Shown one piece after another: positions 1-8,728 of a stretch of DNA of 33,619 nucleotides. Positions within the stretch are counted from its first letter, which is position 1. Each line of letters opens with the position of its first letter. The notes under the pieces are model-generated. The model did not search any database. It was not told the DNA's origin and saw nothing but the letters and a program-made list of their open reading frames with translations. The DNA comes from a virus (lineage: Duplodnaviria; Caudoviricetes), in the IMG/VR virus record IMGVR_UViG_3300020084_000052, positions 1 to 33,619 of that record; one strand, written 5' to 3'. Both the position numbers and the translations under genes were made by a program.

Positions 1-1944
1 GATCGGGCCCATGGCGATAAGCCAGGCGGCGGCGACGCGGGCGGCGCCGAGCATGGCCTGGGCGCCCATGAGCACCCACCCGCCGACGACGCCGGCCACC
101 GTCACGGCCATGCTCGCCGCCATGCGGGCCTGGGCGCCGAGCCACGCCCCGGAGACGATCGCGGCCTGGACGACGGCGGAGACGCCCATCCCGACCCACG
201 CGCCGACGGCGATCGCGGCCTGGACGACGGCGGAGGCGCCGAGCAGCACCCACCGGCCGATCATGCCGAGCACCGCCAGGGAGTGCGTCGCGGCGCCGGC
301 GATCGCCTGGGCCTTCTGGACGGTCCAGGCGGCGACGGCCTGGGCCTGGGTGATCGTGTACTGGATGCCGAGGGCCACCAGGTGCGGGAGGAACACGGCG
401 GCGATCACGCCGGCGACGATCAGGATCGCGGTCTGGTTGTCGCCGATCCACCCGGCCGCGGAGGTCAGGGCGGGGATCAGCGTCCCGGTGAGGAAGTCGC
501 CGACGGTCTGGACGGCGGGCCCGAACTGGGTTGCCAGGGTGCCGGCGAGGTCGGAGACGAAGGGCAGCGCCCGCCCGCCGATCAGGTCGACGAAGGTCTG
601 CTGGGCCTGCCGTTTGAAGGATTCCAGGTTGGTCGCGGCGTTGTCGTTCAGCGTGGTGCCGAGGCCGTCGACGGCGCCGGCCGCGTCGGTCATGCCCTCA
701 CCGACGCCGGCGATCGACGCCAGGAACGCCGGCACCTGGTCGACCGAGAGATCCTCCAGCGGGGTGCCGAAGAACTGGATCGCCGCGGTGGCCCGCTCGG
801 CGGGGTCGTCTATGTCGGCCAGGGCCTTGGCGATCTTCTGGGTGGCGTCCTGGGCGGCCGGCCCGCCGGAGGCGATCGCGGTCGCCATCTTCTCGGCGTT
901 CAGCCCCAGGGAGGCGTAGAGCTCGCCGTTCTTCCCGAGGTCGATCCCGTTGATCGTCAACTCCTTGAGGGAGTCGCCGACCTTGTCCAGGACGATCGCG
1001 CCACCCTCGGCGGCGCCGGTGAGGATGCCGAACGCCTGCTCACCGGTGAACCCGAGCGCGCGGAAGTTGGTCCCGTACTCGTCCAGGATCGCGGGCAGTT
1101 CCTCCCGCATCGCCGCGGGCACCTTCTGGAACGCGCGGGTCAGCAGGTCGAAGCCCTGCTCCCCATCCCGGGCCAGCCCGTTGCGGATCAGCACGCCGAC
1201 CGTGTTCGCCGAGGCGGTGACGTCCTGGTCGAATGCGCCGGCGAAGTCCAGGGCCCGCGCGGTCAGCGCCTCGATGTCACCCGCGGAGGCGTTCCGCATC
1301 CCAGCGATCGACGACACGACGGCGCCCACCGCGCCGTTGACGTCCTCGAGGCTCTCGCCGTAGGCGTTGGCGTACAGGCTGCCGGCGACCCGGCCGATCT
1401 CCTCGGAGCGGGGCCCGGTCAGCCCCAACTGGGCGGCGAGCTTGTCGTTGGCGCGCTCGACGTCCATCGCGCCGGCCAGAGCGACGCCGAGCGCCGCGCC
1501 GGCGGCGACACCGGCGGCGGCCATCGCCACCTTGGCCTTGGTGCCGAAGCCCTCCCCGGCCTTGTCGCCGGCCTTCTCGCCGGCCTTCCCGGCGGCGTCG
1601 ACCATCGGGGCGAGGGCCTGGTCGGTCTGGTTGGCGCCGTCCCGCAGGGCGTCGGTCATGCCGGCCGCGGCCTGCTGGGCGCCGGAGGTGATCCGGTCCC
1701 CGGTCTCGGCCATGGCGTCGCCGACGCGGGACAGGGAGCGGGCGGCCTCGGTGCCGTTCTCCTCGAACGCCTCGGCGATCAGCCGGGCCGCGTCGGCGGA
1801 CTCGTCGCCGACGTCCTCGAAGGTGTCCTCGGCGGCGGCGACGATCGTCGACAGGGCCGCGGTGAACCGGGCCTCGATCTCCGGGCCGACCTTGTCGGCG
1901 TTGGCCTCGACCTCGACCCACGCCTTGCCGAGCGACGACGCCAC
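1..1944 (-). CDS. Tail tape measure protein (N-terminal 648 codons; runs off the left edge)
   Basis: Not in the ORF track because no stop lies in the window. GTG at 1944 with AGGAG at 1950-1954 gives MASSLGKAWVEVEANADKVGPEIEARF. The product is Ala/Gly-rich and helical, with 18-aa Trp-spaced repeats near the window edge (AARVAAAWLIAMGPI). It follows the tail chaperones. Confidence 0.9.
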   Translation of the reverse strand, partial: MASSLGKAWVEVEANADKVGPEIEARFTAALSTIVAAAEDTFEDVGDESADAARLIAEAFEENGTEAARSLSRVGDAMAETGDRITSGAQQAAAGMTDALRDGANQTDQALAPMVDAAGKAGEKAGDKAGEGFGTKAKVAMAAAGVAAGAALGVALAGAMDVERANDKLAAQLGLTGPRSEEIGRVAGSLYANAYGESLEDVNGAVGAVVSSIAGMRNASAGDIEALTARALDFAGAFDQDVTASANTVGVLIRNGLARDGEQGFDLLTRAFQKVPAAMREELPAILDEYGTNFRALGFTGEQAFGILTGAAEGGAIVLDKVGDSLKELTINGIDLGKNGELYASLGLNAEKMATAIASGGPAAQDATQKIAKALADIDDPAERATAAIQFFGTPLEDLSVDQVPAFLASIAGVGEGMTDAAGAVDGLGTTLNDNAATNLESFKRQAQQTFVDLIGGRALPFVSDLAGTLATQFGPAVQTVGDFLTGTLIPALTSAAGWIGDNQTAILIVAGVIAAVFLPHLVALGIQYTITQAQAVAAWTVQKAQAIAGAATHSLAVLGMIGRWVLLGASAVVQAAIAVGAWVGMGVSAVVQAAIVSGAWLGAQARMAASMAVTVAGVVGGWVLMGAQAMLGAARVAAAWLIAMGPI

Positions 1945-1968
1945 AGACACTCCTAGGCCGGAGGACGG

Positions 1969-2006
1969 GCGCCCGGCCCAGAGCCAGCGGTCGCGGGCTC
2001 AGAGTA
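1969..2006 (-). promoter_or_regulatory. Putative late promoter -10 (TACTCT, 2001-2006) plus conserved leader element, copy 1 (before tape measure)
   Basis: GCGACCGCTGGCTCTGGGCCGGGCGC at 1969-1994 matches copies 2 and 3 at 25/26 positions. Confidence 0.7.
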
Positions 2007-2021
2007 GCCGGACGGCGCCGA

Positions 2022-2603
2022 TCACCCCGCGCCGAGCGCGCCAGCCACCGCCAGGAAGCTCGCCGCCTCCTCCTCGGCCAGCCGGTCGTCGACGTCGTCG
2101 ACGTCGATCGCGCCGGCCGGGGCCATGGTCAGCCACCGGTCGAACTCGTCCCGGTCCTTCTCCGGAGCGTGCTCGACCCGCCACGAATAGACCGCGGAGC
2201 AGAACCGGTCGAAGGGCAGCGCCAGCAGGTCGACGCCGCGGCGCGCGGCCGGGCCGTCCAGCATCGGCCAGTTGGCGATCGCCACCGTCACCAACCGGTC
2301 GGCTTCCCACCAGCGCCAGCCGCCGGAGGCCTCCCCGAGCAGGGCCAGGGACAGGTCGACGCACCGCTGGGCGGTCAGCGGGTCGTCCTCGTCGTCGACG
2401 GCGTCCAGCAGGTCGTCAACGTCGTCCTCGTCGGCCAGCAGGCCGGGGAAGATCGCCAGCGGATCCTCGTCCAGGTGGGCCAGCAGCCACGCCCGCGCCG
2501 GCAGGGCCGGGATCTCGTACGGCTCCCCGTCCAGAGCGAAGCGGAGCGCGCCGCCCTGCTCGAGGTGGTCCCTCCACTCCCCCGCCCGGCGGGGGCCTCT
2601 CAC
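2022..2603 (-). CDS. Tail assembly chaperone (second, pre-tape-measure), 193 aa
   Basis: Immediately upstream of the tape measure gene; acidic and helical; GTGA overlap with the preceding gene. Confidence 0.7.
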   Translation of the reverse strand: MRGPRRAGEWRDHLEQGGALRFALDGEPYEIPALPARAWLLAHLDEDPLAIFPGLLADEDDVDDLLDAVDDEDDPLTAQRCVDLSLALLGEASGGWRWWEADRLVTVAIANWPMLDGPAARRGVDLLALPFDRFCSAVYSWRVEHAPEKDRDEFDRWLTMAPAGAIDVDDVDDRLAEEEAASFLAVAGALGAG

Positions 2604-2965
2604 CGCCGGCTACGTCGGCCGGCCGGCTTCCACTCCTCGGCGATCCGCTCGATGATCCGGAGCGCGTCCTCGACGTCGAAGTCGTCGTGCTCGTCCTCCA
2701 GGCGGCCGACCAGCACCGTGCGGCCCGGCTCCTGGACGCAGTCGCCGAGGAAGTCCATAGCCAGCGACACCTTGAGCAGCGGGTTGGTGCGGCGCTGGGT
2801 TGCCGGGCCCAGGCGGGCGATCAGCGCGTCCTTGGGGCGCTTCACCAGGTAGTCGACGCCGTCGACCGTGATCGTGATCGTGCGCTCGATCGCCGGGACG
2901 TCGTCGCCCTCGGCCTCGGGCCGGGTCTTGGGGGTGGTGGTGAAGTTCAGGTCGCTGGACACCAT
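2600..2965 (-). CDS. Tail assembly chaperone, 121 aa
   Basis: Size, position and GAGGAG RBS; ITVDGVDYLVKRPK-type N-terminus. Confidence 0.7.
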   Translation of the reverse strand: MVSSDLNFTTTPKTRPEAEGDDVPAIERTITITVDGVDYLVKRPKDALIARLGPATQRRTNPLLKVSLAMDFLGDCVQEPGRTVLVGRLEDEHDDFDVEDALRIIERIAEEWKPAGRRSRR

Positions 2966-3028
2966 CGGGGGCTCCTCGTCCGGTTGGCGGTCTCTCCACG
3001 AGAGGGGGCGCCAGCAGCCTACGGCGTG

Positions 3029-3457
3029 CTACCGGAGCACGTCCTCCATGGCGCGGCGCAGGAACGGCCGGCCCGGCTTGGCCTTCTGCTGCCGGGTGTG
3101 CGCGCCCACGGTGTGCCCGCGGACCCGGTAGGCGGCTCGACCGGCCGACCCGCGGACCGCGTGCGCGCGCACTTGGTGGGCCTTGACCACGACGGCGCGC
3201 GCGTCCTGGCCCTCGTGGACGGCGAGCGCGTACTCCACCGGGGTGCCGACCCGGCCGACGACTCGGAGGCCCTGGACCTCGACCGCCGAGGTGATCGACG
3301 CCCGCAGGTTGCCGGTGTCGACCGGGGCGTAGAGCTTGGCCTGGTTGGTGATCTGCCGGGTGGTCCGCACGACGTACTGGGTCACCATGCCGGTGGGCCC
3401 GGTGAGGGCCGACCGGAGGGCCTGCTCGGACAGTTGGACGCGGGCGACGGAAGCCAC
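3029..3457 (-). CDS. HK97 gp10-like tail completion protein, 142 aa
   Basis: APVDTGNLRASI, VEYALAVHEG and C-terminal RPFLRRA motifs typical of the HK97 gp10 family. Confidence 0.8.
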   Translation of the reverse strand: MASVARVQLSEQALRSALTGPTGMVTQYVVRTTRQITNQAKLYAPVDTGNLRASITSAVEVQGLRVVGRVGTPVEYALAVHEGQDARAVVVKAHQVRAHAVRGSAGRAAYRVRGHTVGAHTRQQKAKPGRPFLRRAMEDVLR

Positions 3458-3474
3458 CGGTCAACTCCGATCGG

Positions 3475-3825
3475 TCAGGGCGTGCCCGCCGGGGTGCCGG
3501 CCGGGGTGACGACGGTCGCCGGGTCCGGGATCGCCGTCCCGCCGGGCGCTTCCCCGCCGGCGGGCAGGCCGGGCACCTCGGTGGTCCGCGGGTGCTCGGC
3601 GAGGCGGGCCCGCTTCTCGTCGGCCGTCCCGGACAGGGACAGGCCGCGCTCCCGGAGGGCCTGGTCCAGGGCCTCGCCCTTGAGCTCGGGTGCCGGCTGG
3701 TCCAGCACGGTGAGCCGGCCGTCGCGGACGGCGGCCAGCACCAGCGGGGTGGCGTCCAGGGTGACGACGTCGCCGACGGCGGCGCCCATCATGCCCGTCT
3801 CGACGCGCGCGCGGATCTCGGTCAT
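3475..3825 (-). CDS. SAP-like domain protein, 116 aa
   Basis: ATG 3825 with GAGGAG RBS; LKGEALDQALRERGLSLSGTADEKRARL resembles a SAP motif. Confidence 0.7.
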   Translation of the reverse strand: MTEIRARVETGMMGAAVGDVVTLDATPLVLAAVRDGRLTVLDQPAPELKGEALDQALRERGLSLSGTADEKRARLAEHPRTTEVPGLPAGGEAPGGTAIPDPATVVTPAGTPAGTP

Positions 3826-3842
3826 GGCGGTGACTCCTCGGA

Positions 3843-4394
3843 TCAGGGGACGAACACGGTGCAGAACGTGGCGCCGCCGACGACGTCGCCCTCGGGCCCG
3901 ATCGGGCCGTACGCGCCGAGGGCGACCCCGGCGTCGTCGTTGTCCTCGGGGAACCGCTCGAGGATGGTGTGCCGGACTATCGCGGCGTCGATCGCGGCGC
4001 GGGTGCTGGCCGCGGCCTGCTCGTCGGGGGTGGGCGGGTAGTACCGCTCGCCCTCGGTGTAGCCGACGGGCGCGCACCGGGCCACGCCGACCTCCAAGGT
4101 CACGGCGTAGGACAGGTCACCGCGGGCGGCTCGGGCGACCGGGCCGGGGAAGGTGGCCCAGTCGGTCGGGGAGACGTCGACCAGCCGGACCCACGCGACG
4201 CCCTCGCAGTTGTCGCGGCAGTCCAGGCCGTGATCGACGACCGGGACGGCGCCGGGCATGAGCTCGAACTCGCACGGCTGGACCAGCGTCTCGTCGACCT
4301 CGCCCTGCTCGGCGAACACGGCGCGGAGGGCGGCCAGCATCGCCACCATGGTGGGCTCGGCGACCGGGTCCGAGCAGCGCCGGGGGCCGGTCAC
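3843..4394 (-). CDS. Putative tail terminator/neck protein, 183 aa
   Basis: GTG 4394 overlaps the upstream stop. DC..CEGVAWVRL...LEVGVARC...GPIGPEG..VGG pattern and position after the adaptor. Confidence 0.65.
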   Translation of the reverse strand: MTGPRRCSDPVAEPTMVAMLAALRAVFAEQGEVDETLVQPCEFELMPGAVPVVDHGLDCRDNCEGVAWVRLVDVSPTDWATFPGPVARAARGDLSYAVTLEVGVARCAPVGYTEGERYYPPTPDEQAAASTRAAIDAAIVRHTILERFPEDNDDAGVALGAYGPIGPEGDVVGGATFCTVFVP

Positions 4395-5140
4395 GTGAGC
4401 AGCCGGTGGCGGGCGAGGTCCGGGGAGTAGACCGTGGCCGCCTCGGGGAGCCCCGCGGGGTTGACGGTGTCCAGCCACCGGTCGACCTCGGGGGAGCCGG
4501 TGCGGCCGTTCTCGGTGAGCAGCGCGGCGTCGGGCAGTTCGATGGTGAGGCCGGGCCGGGCGATGGATCGGGCGCCCGCCGGCAGGGAGCAGCGGCCACC
4601 GCCGGCGGCGCGCACCCACTCCCCGGCGTACCGGCCGGCTGCGACGTTGCCCGCGGCCGGGGGCGCGACGCCGAGCACGGCGTCGACCAGCCACCGCGGG
4701 GAGGCGGCGTACACGTCCTGCCCGACGGGCCAGCCGGCGCCGTCGGTGCGGACCAGCGTCCCGTCGGGGTCCAGCCGCCAGGCCTCAGCCGGCAGGGGGA
4801 CGCCGTCGACCTGGACGCCGGTCACGGCGTGGACCGGGCCGAGGCGTACCGCGTTGGCCGAGCAGAACCCGCCGGCGCGGGCGACGCCGGCCCGGTAGTT
4901 GACGGCCAGCGGCCCGTACCGGTTGCGCTGGTCGTAGGCGTTCAGCCGCCGCGGGGCGACGTAGGGGGCGATGCGGTGCGCGAACAGGCCGAACCGGCGC
5001 CCCGAGAGTGCCCAGAGGATCCCGACGGCCCACCGCTGGGCCGCGGCGCGGGTCTCCTCGGTCGCCTCAGCCCAGCCGGGGCCGGCCACCGAGGTGACCG
5101 GCTCCCAGCCGAACAGGCCCGGGGGCGCCGGCTCGGTCAT
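4391..5140 (-). CDS. Head-to-tail adaptor, 249 aa
   Basis: ATGA-coupled to the major tail gene; ILWALSGRRFG, LVRTDG..WP..QD and TG.PEVD.WL..VNP motifs typical of cluster-B-like adaptors. Confidence 0.75.
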   Translation of the reverse strand: MTEPAPPGLFGWEPVTSVAGPGWAEATEETRAAAQRWAVGILWALSGRRFGLFAHRIAPYVAPRRLNAYDQRNRYGPLAVNYRAGVARAGGFCSANAVRLGPVHAVTGVQVDGVPLPAEAWRLDPDGTLVRTDGAGWPVGQDVYAASPRWLVDAVLGVAPPAAGNVAAGRYAGEWVRAAGGGRCSLPAGARSIARPGLTIELPDAALLTENGRTGSPEVDRWLDTVNPAGLPEAATVYSPDLARHRLLT

Positions 5141-5838
5141 GCCGCCAGCGCGGTGAGGCCGTCGACGGTCGCCGGCGGCGCGATGCGGGTCGTGAACAGG
5201 CGGAAGTGGGTCCGCTCGCCGACCGGCTCGAGCAGCGGCCCGGCCGGGAACACGCCGTTGACCGCGGCGCCGGACTCCTGGACGTCGTAGGGGCCCTCCT
5301 CCCAGCGGGAACCCTCCCGGGTGCTGCTCACGACCTCGAAGTTCGCGGCGCCGTTCTCGATCGTGAAGTCCGAGATCTTGCCGCCGCGGAGGTAGGGGAG
5401 CAGCAGGTAGCCCCAGGCCCGGCCGCCGTCCGCGCACGCGCCGGCGCCGGCGAGGTCGGTCCAGACCTCCAGGCCGTAGCCGCCGACGACGGGCACCCCG
5501 CCGTCGGCGGAGAACCCGACGGCCGCGGCCTCGAAGTCCAGCACGGTCGGGAAGTTGGTGATCATCGCCAGGTAGTCGGGCTGGACGCCGACGAACCCGA
5601 GCGTGACGGTCGCGCCGACCAACTGGGCGTCGGGGATCTCGTTGATCTCGAACTCGCCGGCGGCGTTGGGGACGCGGATCGTCTCCCCGTCCTCGTACTG
5701 GAGCGACAGGCCCACCGAGACGAAGCCCTTGGAGACGCCGGTGGAGGCGGGGCCGATCACGGGGGCGCCGCACTCGTCGGTGCGGGTGAGCCGCATCCGA
5801 CGGCCGCGGATCGGGGCGAAGGTCTTGGACGTGGGCAC
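5137..5838 (-). CDS. Major tail protein, 233 aa
   Basis: IRGRRMRLTRTDECG, GLEVWT, WGYLLLPY and W..GPYDV motifs; AGGAG RBS; position. Confidence 0.85.
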   Translation of the reverse strand: MPTSKTFAPIRGRRMRLTRTDECGAPVIGPASTGVSKGFVSVGLSLQYEDGETIRVPNAAGEFEINEIPDAQLVGATVTLGFVGVQPDYLAMITNFPTVLDFEAAAVGFSADGGVPVVGGYGLEVWTDLAGAGACADGGRAWGYLLLPYLRGGKISDFTIENGAANFEVVSSTREGSRWEEGPYDVQESGAAVNGVFPAGPLLEPVGERTHFRLFTTRIAPPATVDGLTALAA

Positions 5839-5867
5839 TTGGGCGCTCCTGGGGGATCTCGGGGGGA

Positions 5868-5912
5868 CCGAGCGCCCGGCCCACAGCCAGCGGTCGCTAC
5901 GCGGGCAGACTA
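5868..5912 (-). promoter_or_regulatory. Putative late promoter -10 (TAGTCT, 5907-5912) plus conserved leader element, copy 2 (before major tail)
   Basis: The 34 nt at 5868-5901 are identical to 10536-10569. Confidence 0.75.
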
Positions 5913-5934
5913 CCGCCCGGCCCCGCGGGTCGGC

Positions 5935-6585
5935 TCAGGCGCGGCGATCGGTCAGCCGCCGGCCACCTCGGCGCGCGGCGGCGGCCGATGCGGCGGCCTC
6001 GGCCTCGACCGCGTCCTCGTCCTCCTGGGACCACTCGGCCTCGAGCTCCTCCCGGCGGGTCTGGACGTTGGCCCGCCGTCGGGGCCGGCGCACCTCGGGC
6101 GGCAGGTCGTCGCCGATCACCAGCAGTTCGGCGAGGCCTTCCGGAGGGCGCGGCGGGTCGGGGATCAGCGTCCCGGGGGCGGCCTCGGCGACGGTGCGGA
6201 TCACCTGCTGGAACCAGTCGACCAGGGCGCGGTCGAAGTGCCCGCGCGCGCGGTCGCGCCGGCGCTGGTCGTTGCGGTCCTGGAGCAGCCACTCCACGGT
6301 GCCCTCGAGCTCCTCGATCTCGTCGTAGGCGTCGGCCAGCCGGCGGCGGAACCGCTGGACCGCGCGGGACTCGGTCAGGGCGGCGATCCGCTGCCGCTCG
6401 GCCTCGAGCTCGCCCTGCCGGCGTAGGGCGTTCAGTTCGCGGTTGGAGAACCAGGCCAGCACCCGGGAGATCGGCCCGTCCTTCCCGCCGATCTTCTCGG
6501 CGGCGTACACCAGGAACAGGCCGACCAGCAGCAGCGCCAGGAACCAGGGGCCCAGTTCGCCCGCCGCGGCGATCAGTTCAGCCAC
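5935..6585 (-). CDS. Membrane protein: one N-terminal TM plus charged coiled coil, 216 aa
   Basis: Hydrophobic residues ~12-29, then an E/R-rich heptad region; 8-nt overlap with the upstream gene. Confidence 0.75.
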   Translation of the reverse strand: MAELIAAAGELGPWFLALLLVGLFLVYAAEKIGGKDGPISRVLAWFSNRELNALRRQGELEAERQRIAALTESRAVQRFRRRLADAYDEIEELEGTVEWLLQDRNDQRRRDRARGHFDRALVDWFQQVIRTVAEAAPGTLIPDPPRPPEGLAELLVIGDDLPPEVRRPRRRANVQTRREELEAEWSQEDEDAVEAEAAASAAAARRGGRRLTDRRA

Positions 6586-7249
6586 GGGGGAGCACCACGC
6601 CGACCTCCCGCTCGACCTGGGCGGTGAGGCGCTGCCGTTGGGTCAGCAGCCAGGTGCCGGCGGCCAGCGTCAGGTGGATGATCGCCGCGGCCATGAGACC
6701 CGTCCCCGTTCGGTAGTCCGAGCCCAACCCGGAGGCCATGAGCTCCTGCCCGACCAGCATCCCCGGAACTCCGAGCAGTAGCCGGACGGACGCGCCGGGT
6801 GCGCGCCGGCGCAGGATCACCCACGTTCCCAGACCGGAGAGGATCGCGCCGAGCAGTAGGCGCCACGACAGGTCGAAGCCCTGGGCCTGCAGCAGGCCTA
6901 TGGCGACCCCGCCATACCAGGCGAACAGGAACGCGTGGCCGGCGATCACCAGCGGGGACCAGCGTCCGGCGAGGCCGACCAGCACGACGGCGGCCGAGCC
7001 GTAGAACAGCCAGCCCCAGGTGGTGAGGGCGGCGGCCTGCTCGACGACGCCGAGGCCGTCGGCGTCGACGACGGCGCCGGCGCGCGGGGTGAGGTAGTCC
7101 CGGCCGCGGAGGGCGGCTTGGTACAGGGCGGCCAGTTGGATGATCAGGAACGGCACGTTGGTGCGCCCGGGGTGCCAGTCCCCGGGGCGGGCCCAGCCGA
7201 GCCACCGGCCGAGGGCTGGACGAACGGCCCTCGGCCGGCGGCGGGTCAC
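6578..7249 (-). CDS. Polytopic membrane protein (~6 TM), possibly holin-like, 223 aa
   Basis: About six hydrophobic segments; GTGA-coupled to the upstream gene. Confidence 0.7.
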   Translation of the reverse strand: MTRRRPRAVRPALGRWLGWARPGDWHPGRTNVPFLIIQLAALYQAALRGRDYLTPRAGAVVDADGLGVVEQAAALTTWGWLFYGSAAVVLVGLAGRWSPLVIAGHAFLFAWYGGVAIGLLQAQGFDLSWRLLLGAILSGLGTWVILRRRAPGASVRLLLGVPGMLVGQELMASGLGSDYRTGTGLMAAAIIHLTLAAGTWLLTQRQRLTAQVEREVGVVLPRG

Positions 7250-7767
7250 GACTGGGCGGCGTCGTGCGCGGCGACCCGGGCGCGCTTCTCGTCCGCGGTG
7301 CCCGACGTGGACAGGCCGCGGTCCTTGAGCGCCTTCTCCAGGGCCTCACCGCGGAGGACGTCGTCGGCCTGCTCGGCGTCCTCGCCCTGCTCGGTGTCGC
7401 CGGCGCCCTGGTCGCGCTGCTGCTGCTCGATCCCGGCGGCGGCGACGTCGTCCTGCTGCTCGACGGCGGCCGAGGCGGGGACGACGCCGGCGTGCTCGAC
7501 GCCGTCCGCGGTGGTGACCGCGCCGGTGGTCTCCGGGTGGGCGGCGATCTCGGTCTCCGAGGGGGTCACCTGCTCGCCCTTGACGGCGCCGGCCTCGACC
7601 GCCACCTCGTAGGGCACCAGGAAGCCGCCGGCGATCGTGGCGACGGACTCCACCGGGTGCCCGGTGGCCTTGGCGGCGTCCAGCAGCAGCCGGGCCGCCT
7701 CGGGCTGGTCGGCGCCGGCGACGTGGACCTCGACGGGTTCGCGGGTGGTGCTCGTGCTCTCGGTCAT
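7246..7767 (-). CDS. Head-associated protein with C-terminal SAP-like domain, 173 aa
   Basis: GAGGAG RBS; C-terminal LRGEALEKALKDRGLSTSGTADEKRARV. Confidence 0.75.
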   Translation of the reverse strand: MTESTSTTREPVEVHVAGADQPEAARLLLDAAKATGHPVESVATIAGGFLVPYEVAVEAGAVKGEQVTPSETEIAAHPETTGAVTTADGVEHAGVVPASAAVEQQDDVAAAGIEQQQRDQGAGDTEQGEDAEQADDVLRGEALEKALKDRGLSTSGTADEKRARVAAHDAAQS

Positions 7768-7786
7768 GGGTGCGGATCTCCTCGGA

Positions 7787-8635
7787 TCAGGTCAGGGCGA
7801 CGCGCACGCCCACCAGGGCGCACTCGTAGGTGACGGTGAGCATCCGGCCCGCCAGGACGGCGATCCGGTTGGTGGAGCGGTCCAGCAGCCGGCGCGCGTC
7901 CGTGCCGCCGACGTCGAACACCTCACCCCGCGTGATCTTGACGGGGCCGGTGCCGTACAGCCACGCCTCGCCGGCGCCGCGCGCGGTGCCGTCGGGGGCG
8001 CTGCCGGTGTACCCGGTGCCGACGGCGAGGTCGGTCCGGAGCTTGGTCTGCATCCGGCCGCCGTTGGCGGCGGTGTCGGGCAGGAACGGGAACGCCACGC
8101 GGGGGACGTGGATCACGCCGCGGCCGAGGACGCGGTCGCCGAGGGCTTCCTCCAGCAGTCCGAGCGCCAACTTCCCGGGGACCGGGTCGGCGGCCAGCAC
8201 CTCGACGGCGTCACCGGCGGCGAGGTGGAGCGCGGCGGAATCGTCGTCGACCAGCGGGGCGCCGGTCCAGAACCCGCGCTCGGCGCCGTGCTGCTCGCCG
8301 AGGGTCAGCCAGTTGCGGGCCATGGTGCTGAGCTCGTCGGCGCGGTGCGAGATCAGGTCGGCCGAGGGGCCGGCGTAGACGGTGAACGCCACGGAGCGCA
8401 CGAACCGGTCGGCGTCCAGTTCCACCGTCGCCGGCATCTCGGGGCCGCCGGCGGTGCCGCACGCGGCGGAGACGGCGGCGACCTCACCGCACCCCAGCGG
8501 CTCGTACTGCACGCCGCCCTGGGCGTGCGCGTCGTTGGAGTCGACGACGGTCGCCACCGAGTACAGCCCGAACTCGGTCGGCATCGGGGTGGGGCCGGTG
8601 ATCGTGACAGGCGGCGCGAAGATCGCGGAGGTCAT
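7787..8635 (-). CDS. Major capsid pentamer-type protein, 282 aa
   Basis: Directly follows the large capsid gene; FGLYSVA, GGVQYEP..C, VGTGY and WLYGTGPV motifs; synteny with cluster-B-like phages. Confidence 0.7.
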   Translation of the reverse strand: MTSAIFAPPVTITGPTPMPTEFGLYSVATVVDSNDAHAQGGVQYEPLGCGEVAAVSAACGTAGGPEMPATVELDADRFVRSVAFTVYAGPSADLISHRADELSTMARNWLTLGEQHGAERGFWTGAPLVDDDSAALHLAAGDAVEVLAADPVPGKLALGLLEEALGDRVLGRGVIHVPRVAFPFLPDTAANGGRMQTKLRTDLAVGTGYTGSAPDGTARGAGEAWLYGTGPVKITRGEVFDVGGTDARRLLDRSTNRIAVLAGRMLTVTYECALVGVRVALT

Positions 8636-8667
8636 GCCGGGGGTTCCTCTCGGGAGGGGGAGACAGG

Positions 8668-8707
8668 CCGAGGGCCGGGTGAGCCGGTCGGCTCACCCGG
8701 CCCTCGG
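8668..8707 (-). terminator. Perfect 18-bp GC-rich hairpin between the two capsid genes
   Basis: CCGAGGGCCGGGTGAGCC-ggtc-GGCTCACCCGGCCCTCGG, with a weak pyrimidine tail (CCTGTCTCCC) on the minus strand. Confidence 0.75.
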
Positions 8708-8728
8708 GACTGGTCGGATCTCGGTCGA

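Noticed and set aside
130-330. 54-nt periodic DNA repeats near the left edge
   Set aside because: Explained by ordinary 18-aa tape measure repeats.
2600-2640. Programmed -1 frameshift between the tail assembly chaperones
   Set aside because: No slippery heptamer is seen, and the -1 frame has a TAG (2610-2612) just before the second gene's GTG. Simple GTGA coupling explains the arrangement.
2975-3015. Imperfect hairpin upstream of the tail chaperone gene
   Set aside because: Short and bulged with no U-tract; too weak to call a terminator.
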